The position numbers and the translations under genes were made by a program. DNA of 64,000 nucleotides, from contig DASSXV010000069.1 of NCBI GenBank assembly GCA_035703635.1, forward strand, positions 1-64,000, given 5' to 3'. Numbering within the stretch: the first letter of the stretch is position 1; every line of letters begins with the position of its first letter. The DNA is from Trueperaceae bacterium. Lineage in GTDB: Bacteria > Deinococcota > Deinococci > Deinococcales > Trueperaceae. The notes beneath the pieces were generated by a model. That model was not told where the DNA came from and ran no database searches. It was given only the letters and a program-made list of their open reading frames with translations. Of this stretch, positions 60,606 through 64,000 are shown in pieces.

Positions 60606-61637
60606 ATGAGAGCCTTGTCAAAGCTCGAGGCGCGCGAGGGTATCTGGCGCGTGGACGCCCCTGAACCAACGCCGGGCCCCAACGACCTGCTGATCCGCAT
60701 CTCAAAGACCAGCCTCTGCGGCACCGACGTGCACATCTACAACTGGGACGCCTGGTCGCAGCGCACCGTTCCGGTGCCGATGATCACCGGCCACGAGTGG
60801 GTGGGAGTGGTCGCTGGCGTTGGCTCGGAGGTGCGCGGTTTCGCCCCTGGCGACCGTGTTAGCGGTGAAGGCCACATCACTTGCGGTTACTGCCGCAACT
60901 GCCGCGCTGGGCGCAGGCACCTGTGCCGCAACACCATCGGGCTCGGCGTGCAGCGCCAAGGCGCTTTCGCCGACTACCTAGTCCTCCCCGCGTTCAACGC
61001 CTTCAAGCTTCCGGACGCCATCGATGACGAGGTCGGCGCCATCCTCGATCCGCTCGGTAACGCCGTCCACACCGCCCTGACATACGACCTGGTCGGCGAG
61101 GACGTGCTGATAACTGGCGCCGGGCCGATCGGCCTCATGGCCTCGGCGGTGGCGCGCTTCGTCGGGGCGCGAAACATCGTCATCACCGACGTGAACCCCG
61201 CGCGGCTCGCCATGGCGCAGCGCATGGGCGCCACTGTCGGGGTCAACGTCGCCGACCCCGCCAGCGACCTGCATGACGTGATGGCGTCGCTAGGCATGCG
61301 CGAGGGGTTCGACGTAGCGCTCGAGATGTCGGGCGCTGCCGCGGCTTACTCGCAGATCCTCGACACCATCATCCACGGCGGCAAGGTCGCGCTGCTTGGC
61401 ATTCCGTCCGTCGATATCGCCATCGATTGGAACCAAGTGATCTTCAAGGGCCTGAACCTCCACGGCATCTACGGCCGCCAGATGTTCGAGACCTGGTACA
61501 AGATGAGCAACTTGCTGCAGGCCGGACTAGACGTAACGCCCGTCATCACGCACCACTTCGCGGCCGAGGAGTTCCAGCAGGCCTTCGACGTCATGCGCGC
61601 CGGCGCGTCTGGCAAGGTCTTGCTCGACTGGGCATGA
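60606..61637 (+). CDS. tdh: L-threonine 3-dehydrogenase
   Basis: [14 protein letters not shown], four-Cys Zn site, [18 protein letters not shown]. Confidence 0.96.
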   Translation: MRALSKLEAREGIWRVDAPEPTPGPNDLLIRISKTSLCGTDVHIYNWDAWSQRTVPVPMITGHEWVGVVAGVGSEVRGFAPGDRVSGEGHITCGYCRNCRAGRRHLCRNTIGLGVQRQGAFADYLVLPAFNAFKLPDAIDDEVGAILDPLGNAVHTALTYDLVGEDVLITGAGPIGLMASAVARFVGARNIVITDVNPARLAMAQRMGATVGVNVADPASDLHDVMASLGMREGFDVALEMSGAAAAYSQILDTIIHGGKVALLGIPSVDIAIDWNQVIFKGLNLHGIYGRQMFETWYKMSNLLQAGLDVTPVITHHFAAEEFQQAFDVMRAGASGKVLLDWA

Positions 61638-61671
61638 AGCTGGCAGCTGGCCTCCGCTTCACTACTGGGGC

Positions 61672-62649
61672 GTGAGCGTGAACCCAGAAGCCGCCGCGGT
61701 GAAGGCCCTCGTTTACCTCGGCCTCATGCTGCTGGTAGGCGGCGCAGTCACCACGACGTGGCTAGCGCGGGGCAGCGTACGCGGTGGCAACAGGCGCCTC
61801 GTGACGTGGCTCGTCATCGTCGGTGCCCTCGCACTGGTCGCGGCGTCACTGTTAGAGGTAGTTGCGGTGCTGCATGACGTGCTTGGGCGTGTAGACGGGG
61901 CGCTAGTCGGAAGGTACCTCTGGTCGACGCAGCACGGGCAGGTCGTAAGGCAGCGAGCCGTGCTTGCGCCCATCGTCGCCATGGTCACCGCCGCGTTAGC
62001 GTGGTGGCCGGCTGGCGCCTCCTCGGCCTCCTGGCTGCGCGGTCGACCAGCTGGCGTTGCCCGTCGAGTGCTTCGTCTCGTCGCCTTCGCCGCCTCGGCC
62101 TGGCTCCTCTTCGGCTTCAGCCGCGTCAGTCACGCCGCAGCCATGGGGGGCGGCCTGCCGTTAGCCGCGGACTTCTTTCACCTCCTAGCGGCCGCTCTGT
62201 GGGCGGGTCCGCTTGGCTACCTCGCGCTGCTGCGGCACGGTGAGGCTGGCCGCGGCGCCATGCTCATCGCGTTCAAGCGCCTGTCGCTCGTCGGCCTGAT
62301 CGCCGTCATCGTGCTTACGGTCTCTGGCATTTACACCGCTCTGACACACTTGTCAGCGCCGGCTGCTTTCGCTCGTTCTGGTTACGGGATCGCCCTGTGG
62401 GTGAAGCTCGGGCTCTTCGCGCTGGTGGTAGGGGCGGCGGCCGCGAACCGCTTCGCGTTCATGCCGCGCATGTTACGAGACGGCGCGGCCACGGCCCTCA
62501 TGCGGTCCGTGCGCGTCGAGGCCATGCTCGTAGTGCTGATCATCCTTGCGACGGGGGCGCTCACGACGTCAGCGCTACCGCACGGCGAGGCCGCCATGCC
62601 TGGGGCGTGGGGCAACCTTTTGAACCTCATCGAGCTGCTGCGGCGCTGA
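61672..62649 (+). CDS. CopD-family copper resistance membrane protein
   Basis: SHAAA, DFFHLLAAALW.G, SGYG..L.VK, N.F...P, VEA. Confidence 0.82.
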   Translation: MSVNPEAAAVKALVYLGLMLLVGGAVTTTWLARGSVRGGNRRLVTWLVIVGALALVAASLLEVVAVLHDVLGRVDGALVGRYLWSTQHGQVVRQRAVLAPIVAMVTAALAWWPAGASSASWLRGRPAGVARRVLRLVAFAASAWLLFGFSRVSHAAAMGGGLPLAADFFHLLAAALWAGPLGYLALLRHGEAGRGAMLIAFKRLSLVGLIAVIVLTVSGIYTALTHLSAPAAFARSGYGIALWVKLGLFALVVGAAAANRFAFMPRMLRDGAATALMRSVRVEAMLVVLIILATGALTTSALPHGEAAMPGAWGNLLNLIELLRR

Positions 62650-62822
62650 GCGCCCTGCCGCTATCTGGGAGCGCGGTGCGCACTGACCACGGCGCGAGCG
62701 GGTTCCCAGACTACACTCCGCCTAGCGCGGCTAGCTCACTGCCACCTTCTTGACCTGGGCCCGCAAGCCGCGCTTGCCCGCCCCATGTTAGGGGCGAGCC
62801 ATCGCCCCAGGGGAGGGGTCAC

Positions 62823-63878
62823 ATGTTCCGCCACCTCCTACTGCCTCTGACGGGGGGCCGATCAGACGCGATCGCCATTGGCCACGCCCGCGCCATCGCC
62901 CTGAAGTCCGAGGCCGACATCCGCATCATCCAGGTGCTAGAACTCCCTGAGCAGGGTGCCGCCGCCTACCCGGTCGACCCCGTCGAGTGGCACGCCTTGC
63001 GCCTGGAGGCAGAAGCGTACTTGGAGCGCGTCTCCCGCGAACTGAAGGACGCGGGGTTGCAAGTCGACTGCTCCGTCTTGGAGGGCCAGTCCTCGGAGCA
63101 CATCATCCACCACGCCCACCAGGGCGCCGACCTCATGGTGTTGCCAGCTAGCGTCTTCGGCCGCTCGCAAATCGGCGCCCTCGGCGGCCAGGCCTTGTGG
63201 CGCTCGTACATCTCGACGCTGCTCGTCAGGGGCGAGGCTGCGCCTAAGGAGACGGAGCTTGGGGCAGCCAACCCGTCGACGAGGCCAGCTGATCGCGTGG
63301 TGCCAGAAGCGGACGCGTGGGATGCGGATGACGCGGAGGAGCCGGCGGCAGCGCTACCCGCCGTCCTCGACCCCAATGGGCTATATGCCATGGTGCTCGT
63401 GCCGCTCGACGGCTCGAAGCGCGCCGAGTGCGTGCTGCCTGCCGTGCGCTTTCTAACCGAGAAGTTCGGCTCGCGCATAGTCCTCGCCCATGTCGTCGAG
63501 GAGCCGGCCCTACCGCGCTCCCTGCCGCCGACCGCGGAGGAGCTCGAGCTGGTGCAGCGCTTGGTGGCCGTCAACCTGGCCGCCGCGACGACGTACCTAG
63601 ACGACGTCAAGAGCAGGGTGGGGGAGGCGGCCGAGGTGAGGCTAGTCACTGGCCGCGGCACGGCGTCCGCCCTGCACGCCCTCGTCGAGGAGTACGCCCC
63701 GGACCTCTTGATCATGAGCGCCCACGGCTACGGTGGCGACCAGACGTGGCCGTTCGGGGAGGTGACGACCAACCTCATCGGGTACAGCCGCACCCCACTG
63801 CTCTTGATCCACGACCGCCCGTGGAACGAACGCACCGCGGCCCCCAGTGACGTAACTGACGAGGCGTGGGGCAGGTGA
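62823..63878 (+). CDS. tandem universal stress protein
   Basis: Two USP domains (MFRHLLLPL; LVPLDGSKRAE...DLLIMSAHG...G.VT) joined by an acidic linker. Confidence 0.88.
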   Translation: MFRHLLLPLTGGRSDAIAIGHARAIALKSEADIRIIQVLELPEQGAAAYPVDPVEWHALRLEAEAYLERVSRELKDAGLQVDCSVLEGQSSEHIIHHAHQGADLMVLPASVFGRSQIGALGGQALWRSYISTLLVRGEAAPKETELGAANPSTRPADRVVPEADAWDADDAEEPAAALPAVLDPNGLYAMVLVPLDGSKRAECVLPAVRFLTEKFGSRIVLAHVVEEPALPRSLPPTAEELELVQRLVAVNLAAATTYLDDVKSRVGEAAEVRLVTGRGTASALHALVEEYAPDLLIMSAHGYGGDQTWPFGEVTTNLIGYSRTPLLLIHDRPWNERTAAPSDVTDEAWGR

Positions 63879-64000
63879 CCGACGTAGTTGCCGGGAGTGT
63901 GCCCGCCGCCGAGCCCGACGAAGCCCAGCAGTTCGAGCGCCTAGCTAGCGCCTGGGCGGCCGAGCAACCCGTTGCAAGGAAGGCCTCGAGCGGAGCACAG
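63875..64000 (+). CDS. 5' end of a further gene, truncated by the window edge
   Basis: GTG overlapping the USP stop (GTGA); frame open to the window end (MTDVVAGSVPAAEPDEAQQFERLASAWAAEQ...). Confidence 0.55.
   Translation, partial: MTDVVAGSVPAAEPDEAQQFERLASAWAAEQPVARKASSGAQ

Overview
High-GC, gene-dense core-chromosome segment with about 60 CDS. No tRNA/rRNA, CRISPR array, IS or prophage is recognisable. The short PurA, long-linker FtsK and frequent TANNNT -10 boxes 5-7 nt before start codons suggest a Deinococcota (Trueperaceae-like) bacterium; this is inference. Content in order: ftsK, mreD-pbp2-minC-thiolase, aroF-tyrA, msrC, purA, gltA, 2-oxoacid dehydrogenase E1a/E1b/E2, uvrC, MoxR-DUF58, ABC permeases-malQ, NatAB-like exporter, ruvA, ald, truB, an OmpR-type two-component system, dcd, an SPFH operon, alaS-HAD-ruvX-mltG, a phnDCEE-type transporter, a D-cysteine desulfhydrase/racemase pair, deoC-ALDH16-kbl-tdh, copD and a tandem USP. 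The strongest novel candidate is a tyrosine-rich leader peptide (YDYGYAYPLY) with its own promoter and alternative RNA stems upstream of aroF-tyrA, a putative Tyr-sensing attenuator with no intrinsic terminator. Other notable items: a TPR plus degenerate CPBP/Abi protein divergent from the two-component system, an apparently dead FMN-dehydrogenase paralogue coupled to ruvA, and an SPFH-hydrolase-RHH operon with a phased triple operator. All calls come from motif recognition by eye; no searches were run.
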